From the sequence record SRR20825010_1540: DNA of 56,145 nt; one strand, 5' to 3'. Below are positions 9,335 through 18,837 of the stretch, piece by piece. Within the stretch, counting starts at the first letter, position 1. Each line of letters opens with the position of its first letter. The translations under genes were made by a program, and so were the position numbers. The notes under the pieces are model-generated. The model saw only the letters and a list, made by a program, of their open reading frames with translations, was not told the DNA's origin and ran no database searches.

Positions 9335-10915
9335 TTAATTGTTACTGGTAACATCCCACCAAAGTCTGGTGTTGAGATCGTCCCCACCCATACGGGTCAC
9401 CGCCTGCTGGTAGTTGGCATTATTTGTTGATTTCACGGAATTGGGATACTGAAACCTTACCGGGACCTTCTTATCGTTTACGGCATCCGGACCTGGTATA
9501 ACTTCAGGCATTCCGGTACGCCTCCAATCGGACCAGGCCTCAAAACCGGTATAAAACAGGGCTATCCATTTTTGAAGGGCCACTTTTTCCAGCTTTTCGG
9601 CCGTTGTCCCCGTATAGGCCACCGCCGCCTGTGCAATATAGCCGTCCAGGTCAAAGGCCTGTAGATCCGCAGCGATCTCGTTCCAGCCCCCGGCAATTAT
9701 CCTATCCAAATAATACGAAAAGGAAGCTCTTATTCCATTTTCATAATAAGTGGCGGCATCGCCCACGCTTATGAAATTTCTTTCCCTGGCCTCGGCAAGG
9801 ATAAACTGGAGCTCAGAATAATCCATAATGATGGTCTGGGAAGCTGTTGGCGAGGCAAGCTCCACGTTACAGGCCCTGCACGCCAATAGGATCCCTATTC
9901 TGGAGATGAAATTGGACCCCACCTCATTGGGATTACCGGAAGGGCTGTAGCCTAGGGCGGCCTCATCGTCCAGGCCGTTGGGCATACCTACATAATCATC
10001 CAAGTTGTCGGAATAGATCCCTTTTCCGGAATTGGAAGTGGGCTGGGCAAAGACGATAAGCCTTCTATCGTTCAGGTCCTTCAATCTGGTCTCCAGGGTA
10101 AGGCTCAGCCTGACCTCGTCAAAACTACCGGACCGGGTATTGTATTTGGGCTGTGGATTATCGGAATTCCATTGCAACAGTGCCGCATCCCCATTGCCCT
10201 CGAATATGGGATATGTGGTCGGGTCCCCCATAATCTCTGCCATACCGGCCGTAGCCTTGGCCTGGTCCACATCACTGATCCTCATCAGGAGACGAAGCCG
10301 AAGCGAATTGGCAAACTTCCTCCATTTCAGTACATCGCCACCGTACAATATATCCCCGGATATATTCTGTGTACCTGTCAATGCCGCGTTGGCGGCTTTT
10401 AGGTCGGCCAGAAGTCCGTCATAAATTTCCTGTTGGGGCGTAAACTCAGGCGTAATATTATCATCGCTGATCCCCTTTACGGCATCGGTGTAGGGAACAT
10501 CGCCATAAGCATCCGTTAGGTAGGAATAGATCCACGATTTAACGATAAGCCCAACACCATAATAATTTTGGCGATCCGGGTTTTCCCTGTTATCGCGGAT
10601 AATATTCTCAATATCGCGCAGCCCGTCATAGGCGTCGTTATAAGGGTCACTGGTAGGGGACCACTGGTATATATCCCCGGAGGTAAACTGCAATCGGGCA
10701 CCATATTGAACCACGGTAAAGCCTTCTTCCCATCCCTGGTTTCCCCAATTATAGGCCATCTGTCTTAAAACCCCGGGCAAGAGCAGTTCCGAGGAAGCCT
10801 GCTCCGGAAAGTTGGGGTTTTGATTTATTTCTTCAAAATCTTCCGTACAACCCATAAAAGCTGCCAAAAGAAACATCGCGAAGAAACCCTTTTTTATATT
10901 ATGTATGTTTTTCAT
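9335..10915 (-). CDS. susD: SusD/RagB family lipoprotein
   Basis: Lipobox FMGC, DFEEINQNPN, YGDVPY, WRKFANSLRLR, QKWIAL, EAWSDWRRTG and LWWD; directly downstream of susC. Confidence 0.93.
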   Translation of the reverse strand: MKNIHNIKKGFFAMFLLAAFMGCTEDFEEINQNPNFPEQASSELLLPGVLRQMAYNWGNQGWEEGFTVVQYGARLQFTSGDIYQWSPTSDPYNDAYDGLRDIENIIRDNRENPDRQNYYGVGLIVKSWIYSYLTDAYGDVPYTDAVKGISDDNITPEFTPQQEIYDGLLADLKAANAALTGTQNISGDILYGGDVLKWRKFANSLRLRLLMRISDVDQAKATAGMAEIMGDPTTYPIFEGNGDAALLQWNSDNPQPKYNTRSGSFDEVRLSLTLETRLKDLNDRRLIVFAQPTSNSGKGIYSDNLDDYVGMPNGLDDEAALGYSPSGNPNEVGSNFISRIGILLACRACNVELASPTASQTIIMDYSELQFILAEARERNFISVGDAATYYENGIRASFSYYLDRIIAGGWNEIAADLQAFDLDGYIAQAAVAYTGTTAEKLEKVALQKWIALFYTGFEAWSDWRRTGMPEVIPGPDAVNDKKVPVRFQYPNSVKSTNNANYQQAVTRMGGDDLNTRLWWDVTSNN

Positions 10916-10926
10916 CTTTTATGCAA

Positions 10927-13900
10927 TTAAAAATCGATTTGTAAATTCAGAGTGTATGTTTTGGTACTGGGATAGGACATATTCTCTATACCGGGCTGCA
11001 GGGTGCCTCCGGCCACCGAGACCGTTTCCGGATCAAAATGGGGGTTGTCCGTCCATAGCGCCAAATTCCTTCCCGTTAAAGACAATCTTGCCTTGCTGAT
11101 GGGAAGCCTGTCTATAATTTTCTTGGAAAGGCTATAGCCCAAGGTAACCTCGCGCAATTTGGTGTAGGAGGCATCGTACTTGGCCGCCTCCACGTTGTCA
11201 CGCTCGTAGTAGCGGTTATTGAAGGTCCTAACGTCCACGTTTATAGTGTTGGGCGTATATACTCCGGGAGAGGTCTCCAATACCCCTTCTGCAACGATTC
11301 CGGTCTCCCTTCCTTCCAAGGTCTCCTTTAACTGCCCGGAAGTGGAACCTATCGTCTTGGTCCTGGATACTACTATCCCGCCTTGTCTGATATCGAACAT
11401 AAATCCAAAATCCAACGACTTGTACTTAAAACTGTTCAGTATCCCCAAGGTATAATCGGGGGCATAATCGCCCTGGTACACCAGATCGTCCGTCCTGATG
11501 GGGATACCGCTGTTATTTACGATCATTTGCCCGTAATACTCACTGTTCTCGTCCTCTACACGTTGGAATCCCCTACCGTAAATGGCACTGATGGAACCGC
11601 CTTCCCTGGCCTGGATAAAGACACTGTTCCTCTCGGTAAGCGTATAATCTATACCTCCCAGATCGGTAACCTCGCTCCTGTTCCTGGAATAGTTGAACAT
11701 GGTGTTCCAAGTAAAGTTTTCCGTTCTTACAGGTACTACATTCAACATGGCCTCGAACCCATAGTTCCTCACCTCACCGGCGTTGATAAGCTTACTGGTA
11801 TACCCACTGGAAATATCCGTACTTATAGGTATGATCTGGTTCTTGGTGCGACCGTCATAATAGGTGGCATCCAAATTAAGCCTACTTTGGAACAAACGGA
11901 TATCGGCACCGATCTCATAGGATGATGTAATCTCGGGCTTCAGGTCCGCATTGGGGATCAAGGAGGATTCCGTCAAAATCGGGTTATCCCCAAAAGGCGT
12001 TTCGTTGGTAAAGAAACTGCTCAGTTTATAGGGATCCGTATCATTACCTACCTCGGCATATGCCGCCCTTAATTTTGCAAAGGACACAAAATCCGGCATT
12101 TTGAACATGTCACTGGCAATGGCACTCAAGGTAACCGAAGGATAGAAATAGGAATTATTGTCCGTTGGCAAAGTACTTGACCAATCGTTACGTCCGGTTA
12201 CATCCAGGAAAAGTAAATTATCATAGGCAAACCTGGCAAAACCATAGAGACTGTTGATCCTCTTCTGTTCGTTGTTGGTATATACCTCCAGCGGCCTCCT
12301 GGTGTTGTTGAAGGAATACACGCCCGGGTTGATCAACTGCGGTGCAACGGTCTGGGTATACTCCTGTTTCTGGCGAAATTGGTTGCCGCCTGCGGAGATA
12401 TTTACGTTCCATTTCCCGTTGAAGGTCTTATCATAGGACAAAAGGAAATCCGTATTGGACTCTTCAAAGAACACATTGTCCTCCCTATAGTAACCAAGGG
12501 GGAAACGCTGTGTGCTGAACGCCCTTTTCTTGGTCCTTAGATCGCGATAGAAATCCCTTCCGGTCCTTACCATTAAGCTCCAATTGTCGTTTATGGTGTA
12601 ATTGGCACTAATGTTTCCATATACCCTGTCCTTGTTCTGGGAGTTGGTATTCTCATATACATTGAAGAAAGGGTTGTCGTGATAGTTGTAATTATAGTTG
12701 AACTGCTGCAGATCTTCCCTGCCCGGCATCCAATAATCCCGCATACTGTTGGTGTTCAATTGCCTACCGTACCAGATAAAGAGGTACATGATACTTTCCG
12801 TACCATAGCTCAGGGAAGGCCTATTGTCACTATCGGATTTTATATAATTTACATTGGTATTGATCGTCAGTTTATCCGTCAGGTCAAGGCCCGTATTCAG
12901 ATTAAAGGTATTTCGCCTAAGGTCCGTATTGGGCACTATGCCCTCCTGATCCAGATTTTGGTAGGAGAACCTGATATTGCCCAAGTCCCCCGATTTGGAA
13001 ATGGCAATGCTATTGGTCTTGGTGTAGCCCGTATTAAAGAAATCCAAGGTATTGTCCGGATTGGAAACCCATGGCGTTGGAATTATAGGGGAATTGCTTA
13101 CCAAATAGTCCCCTCCCCTGGTACCGTCCTCACGTGGCGAATCGAACTGTGGGATCATTAGCCCGGTATCCAATCTGGGGCCCCAACTTTCGTCAACACC
13201 ATCGGCGATACCGCTCCCACTTCCGTCAACGAATGCAAACTGCTGGTTGTTCCCCTGGCCGTATTCGTTTTGCCAGTCCGGCAACAACAGAACGTTTTCC
13301 ATAGTAATTCCAGAATTGATGGTAATCCCCAATTGGCCCTTTTTGGAAGTTCCCTTCTTGGTGGTTATAATAATGGCCCCGTTAGCCGCCCTGGCCCCAT
13401 ATAATGCCGCGGCGGCAGGACCTTTCAACACGTTGATGGATTCTATATTCTCAGGATTAATTTCCGAAGCCCCATTTCCATAATCCACATCCTGTGTCCC
13501 GGAACCGCTCGACCCTACAATTTCATTGCTGATGGGGGTACCGTCCACAATGAACAAAGGCGAGTTGCCATTGATGTTCAGGGAAGCATCGCCCCTTATG
13601 GATACCCTGGCGGAACCTCCAAGGCCCGAGGGGCTGTTGGTAATCTGTAGTCCGGCCACCTTTCCGGAAATGCCGTTCAAAAGATTGGGCTCCCTGGCCG
13701 CGGATACTTGCTCGCCATCAAGCTCTTGGGACGCGTATCCCAAGGACTTCTTTTCCCGTTTAATCCCCAAAGCCGTTACTACCACTTCACTTAGACCGGT
13801 AGCGCTCTCTTCCAAGGTAATAGAAACATTGGTCTGTCCATTTATTGCCATTTCCGAGGTAGTAAACCCTATATAAGAAACTACTAGAACTGCATTTGGC

Positions 13901-14445
13901 CCGCTGACATCAATGGAAAAATTACCATCAAAATCGGACTGGGTACCGTTGGTAGTTCCTTTTTCCAGTACGTTGGCTCCAGGCAATGGGCTACCATCAC
14001 TGTCCAAAATAGTGCCATTTACCTTAAACGGCTGATACAACTCAACCTTTTCTTCTTTGTCCCTAGTTGGGGGGGGAACATTTTTTTCCGGTTTAAGCAC
14101 TATCTGTTTATCCAATACCTCATAGGTAATGTGCATCTTAGAAAAAATTCTATCAAGAATTGTAGTTACCAATTCTTTATCAGCGCTCACAGAGACAATT
14201 TTTTTATAATCTACCTCCTTATCATTATACATGAATTTGAATTCTGTAAGCGACTCAATTCTGTTCAATACACTTTCGATGCTTACATTTTCGAGGTTCA
14301 AGGTAATTTTGGTCTTTTGACCATAAGTTTCGTTGGCATGAATTTGAAAAAGCGAAACAATCAATAATAATGTAGTAAGTTTCATCTTCAAATCATATTG
14401 TAGCCGAAAACGGAATTTCCTCCCCGGCATGATCAGGTTTTTCAT
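10927..14445 (-). CDS. susC: SusC/RagA TonB-dependent transducer with N-terminal STN signalling domain
   Basis: STN-like N-terminal extension, carboxypeptidase-like domain, VVVTALGIKRE, LKGPAAAALYGARAANG, C-terminal Phe. Confidence 0.95.
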   Translation of the reverse strand: MKNLIMPGRKFRFRLQYDLKMKLTTLLLIVSLFQIHANETYGQKTKITLNLENVSIESVLNRIESLTEFKFMYNDKEVDYKKIVSVSADKELVTTILDRIFSKMHITYEVLDKQIVLKPEKNVPPPTRDKEEKVELYQPFKVNGTILDSDGSPLPGANVLEKGTTNGTQSDFDGNFSIDVSGPNAVLVVSYIGFTTSEMAINGQTNVSITLEESATGLSEVVVTALGIKREKKSLGYASQELDGEQVSAAREPNLLNGISGKVAGLQITNSPSGLGGSARVSIRGDASLNINGNSPLFIVDGTPISNEIVGSSGSGTQDVDYGNGASEINPENIESINVLKGPAAAALYGARAANGAIIITTKKGTSKKGQLGITINSGITMENVLLLPDWQNEYGQGNNQQFAFVDGSGSGIADGVDESWGPRLDTGLMIPQFDSPREDGTRGGDYLVSNSPIIPTPWVSNPDNTLDFFNTGYTKTNSIAISKSGDLGNIRFSYQNLDQEGIVPNTDLRRNTFNLNTGLDLTDKLTINTNVNYIKSDSDNRPSLSYGTESIMYLFIWYGRQLNTNSMRDYWMPGREDLQQFNYNYNYHDNPFFNVYENTNSQNKDRVYGNISANYTINDNWSLMVRTGRDFYRDLRTKKRAFSTQRFPLGYYREDNVFFEESNTDFLLSYDKTFNGKWNVNISAGGNQFRQKQEYTQTVAPQLINPGVYSFNNTRRPLEVYTNNEQKRINSLYGFARFAYDNLLFLDVTGRNDWSSTLPTDNNSYFYPSVTLSAIASDMFKMPDFVSFAKLRAAYAEVGNDTDPYKLSSFFTNETPFGDNPILTESSLIPNADLKPEITSSYEIGADIRLFQSRLNLDATYYDGRTKNQIIPISTDISSGYTSKLINAGEVRNYGFEAMLNVVPVRTENFTWNTMFNYSRNRSEVTDLGGIDYTLTERNSVFIQAREGGSISAIYGRGFQRVEDENSEYYGQMIVNNSGIPIRTDDLVYQGDYAPDYTLGILNSFKYKSLDFGFMFDIRQGGIVVSRTKTIGSTSGQLKETLEGRETGIVAEGVLETSPGVYTPNTINVDVRTFNNRYYERDNVEAAKYDASYTKLREVTLGYSLSKKIIDRLPISKARLSLTGRNLALWTDNPHFDPETVSVAGGTLQPGIENMSYPSTKTYTLNLQIDF

Positions 14446-14527
14446 ATTTTTGCAGTGTTTTTTAAGTGGTTAATTAATTTAATCACGTTAGATCGGGAAG
14501 TGTTGGCGCACTTTCCGATTTTTTTTT
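14445..14527 (+). ncRNA. Putative cis-antisense sRNA to the susC leader (promoter plus terminator)
   Basis: Bacteroidota -7 box TATTTTTG at 14445-14452 on +, then hairpin ATCGGGAAGTG-ttggcg-CACTTTCCGAT (14492-14519) running into a T tract on +, opposite to the minus-strand operon. Confidence 0.55.
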
Positions 14528-14786
14528 GCCTTTGAGACTTATAATATAAGGGTCCCGCAAATATTGTGATCTGTCCAAGAAACTGTTTAAGTTTTATTCT
14601 TTGGTTCTTTTAGGCGTCTTTTTCCACCATGCTTCAGCTATTTTTCGGTCCGTAGCTATGGCTATGCACCTTAAAATACCTTCGCCTGACGAAAAAATAC
14701 ACTATAAAATATTCCAAAAACAAAATTTAAACAGTTTCTAAATTTTAGAAAGTCTATTTCATTGGCAGTTGTTTTTGCTTAGTTAG

Positions 14787-15935
14787 TTAGTTTATAATTA
14801 TTTGTCTGTCGTTGATCTTGTATTCCATTTCGTAGGTGAGGTTGAAGGTCTTAAAGACTTGATCTATGGTTTCAACATCAAAACTTGCCGTAAACAATTC
14901 TTCATCAAGTTCGGGATTATTGTTCACGATCTCTACATTATAGTGCCGTTCCAATTTCTTTACTATGTTCTTAAAGGGCACATGTCTCAATATGATTTTC
15001 CCATTCAACCAATCGGTGTGCATAGCTATATCCGCTTCTTCTACTGAAATTTGTTTATTGTATTTGTTCCATTCCGCTTTAAATCCAGGTTCCAGTAAAG
15101 AAGCATTGGAAGAATCAAAAGTGTCCTGTTTATTGTATACAGAAACCGACCCTTCCAAAAGCGTAGTATTCACATATTGATCTTCCGGATAGGAGGATAA
15201 ATTAAATTGTGTCCCCAAAACACGCACATTAAGCCCATTGGTATTTACTATAAAGGGATTTACCGAATCCTTGGCTACATTAAAAAAAGCTTCCCCATCC
15301 AGAAAAACCTGCCTGTTTTTTGTTTTTAAGAATTGCACTGGATATTTGAGGGATGTTCCAGAATTAAGAGTTATCCGGGTTCCATCGGAAAGCAATAGAT
15401 CAAATCTCTTACCGTAGGGAACAGTGAGCGTATTATAGGTTATCTCCTCTTGTGAAGTCCCATTGTTCTTGTAGACTAACTGTGCCCCTTGTTGGGCACC
15501 CAATACATTGCCTTCAGAATCTACAACCTTGGCCTCTCCCCCTTCTGAGATTACCTCAATATTTCCATTCTCCAATTGTAATATAATGGCATCCCCAGGA
15601 ATAACGGGGGCAGTATGGGAATCAACAATAGTATTCCTAAATATAAAACCAAGCCCTACTAGAATTGCCAAAATAGCAGCAGATTTCAAAATAGCAAGTG
15701 GAAGGCGACGTCCGTTTCTGGAGGCTGATTTTTTGGCATTGACAATACCGCGGAAGGAAGCATCTAAATCCACATCCGTTTCATCCAAGGTGGATGCCAC
15801 ATATTTGGCCTTGATCTCAAGGAATCTTTTGGCATTTAGATCCGAAGAAACAATCCAGTCCTGAACTTCCTTTTCCTCCTTTGAAGTCGCAGTACCCCTT
15901 AAGTATTTGTATATTTTTTGATCCAGCATCGTCAT
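14787..15935 (-). CDS. FecR family anti-sigma factor
   Basis: One TM segment, NTLTVPYG, LSDGTRITLNSGTSLKYP, LDGEAFFNV, VRVLGTQFN; lies between sigma and susC. Confidence 0.92.
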   Translation of the reverse strand: MTMLDQKIYKYLRGTATSKEEKEVQDWIVSSDLNAKRFLEIKAKYVASTLDETDVDLDASFRGIVNAKKSASRNGRRLPLAILKSAAILAILVGLGFIFRNTIVDSHTAPVIPGDAIILQLENGNIEVISEGGEAKVVDSEGNVLGAQQGAQLVYKNNGTSQEEITYNTLTVPYGKRFDLLLSDGTRITLNSGTSLKYPVQFLKTKNRQVFLDGEAFFNVAKDSVNPFIVNTNGLNVRVLGTQFNLSSYPEDQYVNTTLLEGSVSVYNKQDTFDSSNASLLEPGFKAEWNKYNKQISVEEADIAMHTDWLNGKIILRHVPFKNIVKKLERHYNVEIVNNNPELDEELFTASFDVETIDQVFKTFNLTYEMEYKINDRQIIIN

Positions 15936-15995
15936 GTGTTACCTTTAATAGACGATTCAGAAAAGATTTACACCTAGTGCCGGATAATAAATTTA

Positions 15996-16577
15996 TTATG
16001 AAATTGAGATAAATTCCCTTAAATGAAACCTCATATGCCTCAGGGCAGTGGCAATATGGTTATCTACCGTTTTGTGGGAAACACCCATCTGTGCTGCTAT
16101 TTCACTATGCTTCAAGCCCTCTAGTCGGCTCTTCTTGAAAATATTTTTACATTTTTCAGGCAACAATTCTATACTTTGAATAATTTTGCTTTCCAATTCG
16201 TTTTCAAGCAACAATGAGGCTGCTTCATCCTGAATAAATTTATATTGAATTTCGGATTTTATACGATAACTATTATCTATGTAGTTCCTCTTAACCTTTT
16301 CGTGCTTCAATTGGTCCAGGCACAAATTCTTGGTCATGGTATATAAATAATTATTGATATTGGACACATCGCCCAGAGATTCTTTATTTTCCCATATTTT
16401 AAGAAATACGTTCTGTACTATACTTTCTGCCTCCTGTTGGTAGACTAGATATCCTTTTGCAATTTGTACGAGTTTGGGGAAGTAGAGTCTGAACAAGGTC
16501 TCAAATGCACACTGCTCTCCCTTTTCCAAAAGGGAAAGAAAAAGCTCATTGTTGATATTAGGCTGACCTTTTTTCAA
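15996..16577 (-). CDS. ECF RNA polymerase sigma-70 factor
   Basis: AFETLFRLY, VQNVFLKIW, LPEKCKNIF..SR.EGL..EIA and TVDNHI regions 2 and 4; probable TTG start at 16577 (ORF opens at 16664). Confidence 0.9.
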   Translation of the reverse strand: MKKGQPNINNELFLSLLEKGEQCAFETLFRLYFPKLVQIAKGYLVYQQEAESIVQNVFLKIWENKESLGDVSNINNYLYTMTKNLCLDQLKHEKVKRNYIDNSYRIKSEIQYKFIQDEAASLLLENELESKIIQSIELLPEKCKNIFKKSRLEGLKHSEIAAQMGVSHKTVDNHIATALRHMRFHLREFISIS

Positions 16578-16865
16578 CTTATAATTGGGTTTAAATATCC
16601 GGCTCCAAGAATTTACCAACCTAGAAAGCAACTTCTTCCTATTAATATGGCATACTGATCCCACTAAATTTTCCCCTTCAACATCAAGATCGTACTAAAC
16701 TTATAGGTAATGCCATCGTATTCGCTTCCTTTTCCAAGTGGCATCCCTGCCATTGATAAATACAAAATCACCACAATTTAACAAAAAATTATATTTTAAC
16801 CAAGAATCAAATTTCTTTACTCTGCCTATAAAAATTGATTTTGGATTTTCGTAGTTTTACGGATG

Positions 16866-17876
16866 CTAATTGCCTATTTCCTCAATTTTTACAGGTCTTT
16901 TTTCCCGTAATGATTTTATGGCAGCTAGGCCAATTTGAAGTGACCGCAGTCCGTCGGTGCCATCTACCTCCATGGTATCTCCATTTTTTAGACTTGTTAC
17001 ATAACTGGCCATTTCGGATTTGTAAGCCGCCGCATACCTTTCCAAGAAGAAGTGCAACGGTAGCGATCCTTGTATTCCCTTGCCGGTATACAGTCGATGT
17101 GAATCCTCATAATTATTGTCTGCCTGGGCCATTCCCTTGGATCCGAACACCTCTATTCTTTGGTCATAGCCATAAGCGGCTTCCCTACTATTGTCTATAA
17201 CGGCCATGGTACCGTCCGTATAGGTCAAGGTAACCACAGCAGTATCTATATCCCCGGCCTCGCCTATAGCAGGATCCACAAGGACTGCTCCTTTGGCATA
17301 GACCTCTTCGATTTCCTTGCCCACTACAAATCTGGCCATATCAAAGTCGTGTATGGTCATATCCAAAAAGAGACCTCCGGATTGTTTAATATAGCTTACC
17401 GGTGGTGCTCCTGGATCCCGACTGGTAATTTTTACCAAGTGGGGCTGCCCTACGGCACCCTGCTTTACCAAATCATGAACTTTTCTAAACTCCTTATCGA
17501 ACCGGCGATTAAAACCCAACATCAATTTAATATTGGCTTCTTTTACCACTTTTAAAACCTCTACAACCCGTTGCATGGATAGATCCAAAGGTTTTTCGCA
17601 GAACACATGGATACCGGCTTTGGCCGCCATTTCAACATAGTCGGCATGGGTATCTGTCGGGGAGCAGATGACTACTGAATCGAAGGGGGCAACAACCAAT
17701 AGTTCATCATAAGTATTGACAATATGGGGTATCTTCCTTTCCCTCGCATATTCCCTACATTCTTCCATGGGATCCATTACGGCCACCACTTCCACCTGGT
17801 CCATTTGAAGCAGGTTTTCCAAATGGATCTTTCCTATCCTTCCCAACCCTGCTACCGCGAATTTAACTTTAGTCAT
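16866..17876 (-). CDS. iolG: myo-inositol 2-dehydrogenase
   Basis: GLGRIG, CEKP, GFNRRFD, SRDP, DMTIHDFD, YGYDQRIEVFGS; within the iol operon. Confidence 0.92.
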   Translation of the reverse strand: MTKVKFAVAGLGRIGKIHLENLLQMDQVEVVAVMDPMEECREYARERKIPHIVNTYDELLVVAPFDSVVICSPTDTHADYVEMAAKAGIHVFCEKPLDLSMQRVVEVLKVVKEANIKLMLGFNRRFDKEFRKVHDLVKQGAVGQPHLVKITSRDPGAPPVSYIKQSGGLFLDMTIHDFDMARFVVGKEIEEVYAKGAVLVDPAIGEAGDIDTAVVTLTYTDGTMAVIDNSREAAYGYDQRIEVFGSKGMAQADNNYEDSHRLYTGKGIQGSLPLHFFLERYAAAYKSEMASYVTSLKNGDTMEVDGTDGLRSLQIGLAAIKSLREKRPVKIEEIGN

Positions 17877-17919
17877 TGATGTATATTTCTTTAAAATTGT
17901 TTCGTAAATTTTGATTTGT

Positions 17920-18825
17920 CTATAACCCTAAGGATTTTATGTAGTCCCTATTGGCCTGTGCACATATTTTGGGATTTCCCATGCCCGGTAGAATGTCCTG
18001 CTCCACTACTATCCAATCGTTATATTTCATTTCTTCCAATATTTTTACAATGGATTGAAAATCTACCGCACCTTTCCCCAGTTCACAGAACACCCCCCTT
18101 TTAATGGCATCAAAATAATCCCCGTTGGCCTCCCGGGACGCTTTGGCCGCTTCAGGGCTATAATCCTTAAAATGCACATGCCATATTCTTTTGCCATACT
18201 TTTTCAGGGCCTTTACAGGATCACCTCCTCCAAAGGCATAATGTCCCATATCCAAACACAACCCCAACAATTCCGGATCGGTCAGGGCCATGAGTTTATC
18301 TATTTCTTCAGGGGTTTCTACATATCCTGCACAGTGATGATGAAATACCGTCCTAATACCGTAGGCATCCTTCACGGCCTTCGCTATCCTTTCCGCACCT
18401 GCGGCATATACTTTCCACTGTTCTTCCGAGAGCCCCATAGCAGGGGTAATTCTTCCCGCATTTTTGGTACGTTCGGGAACGGAACCATTGTCATCTGCCA
18501 AAACAATAAAAGAATTCCTGTAGCCGGCATTGTACATAAGTTCCGCTACTTTTAAGGCAGAAACAACACCTGCATCATGGTTGGCAGCTTTGGCCAATGC
18601 AACGGGCACAAAGGCGCCCAAAAGATCCAAATGCCTTTTTTCCAACTCTGCTTTTAACAGGCTTGGGGTGGTGGGCATATAGCCCCAGTCCCCCAATTCG
18701 GTGCCTATATATCCGGTTTCCTTTATTTCGTCCAGCACCTGTTCAAATCCTATCTCTTCGGATTTTTCTTCCAGGTCAAATTCCAAGGCGCCCCATGAGC
18801 ATGGAGCATTTGCGATTTTCATCAT
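17920..18825 (-). CDS. iolE: myo-inosose-2 dehydratase (TIM barrel)
   Basis: IANAPCSWG, FHHH, LCLDMGH, HVHFKD, FCELGKG, WIVVEQD. Confidence 0.85.
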   Translation of the reverse strand: MMKIANAPCSWGALEFDLEEKSEEIGFEQVLDEIKETGYIGTELGDWGYMPTTPSLLKAELEKRHLDLLGAFVPVALAKAANHDAGVVSALKVAELMYNAGYRNSFIVLADDNGSVPERTKNAGRITPAMGLSEEQWKVYAAGAERIAKAVKDAYGIRTVFHHHCAGYVETPEEIDKLMALTDPELLGLCLDMGHYAFGGGDPVKALKKYGKRIWHVHFKDYSPEAAKASREANGDYFDAIKRGVFCELGKGAVDFQSIVKILEEMKYNDWIVVEQDILPGMGNPKICAQANRDYIKSLGL

Positions 18826-18837
18826 TCTATAATTTCA

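Noticed and set aside
14241-14264. Two ATTCTGT copies resembling the two-component direct repeat
   Set aside because: Inside the susC coding sequence with a 17-bp period rather than 11, and no adjacent -7 box
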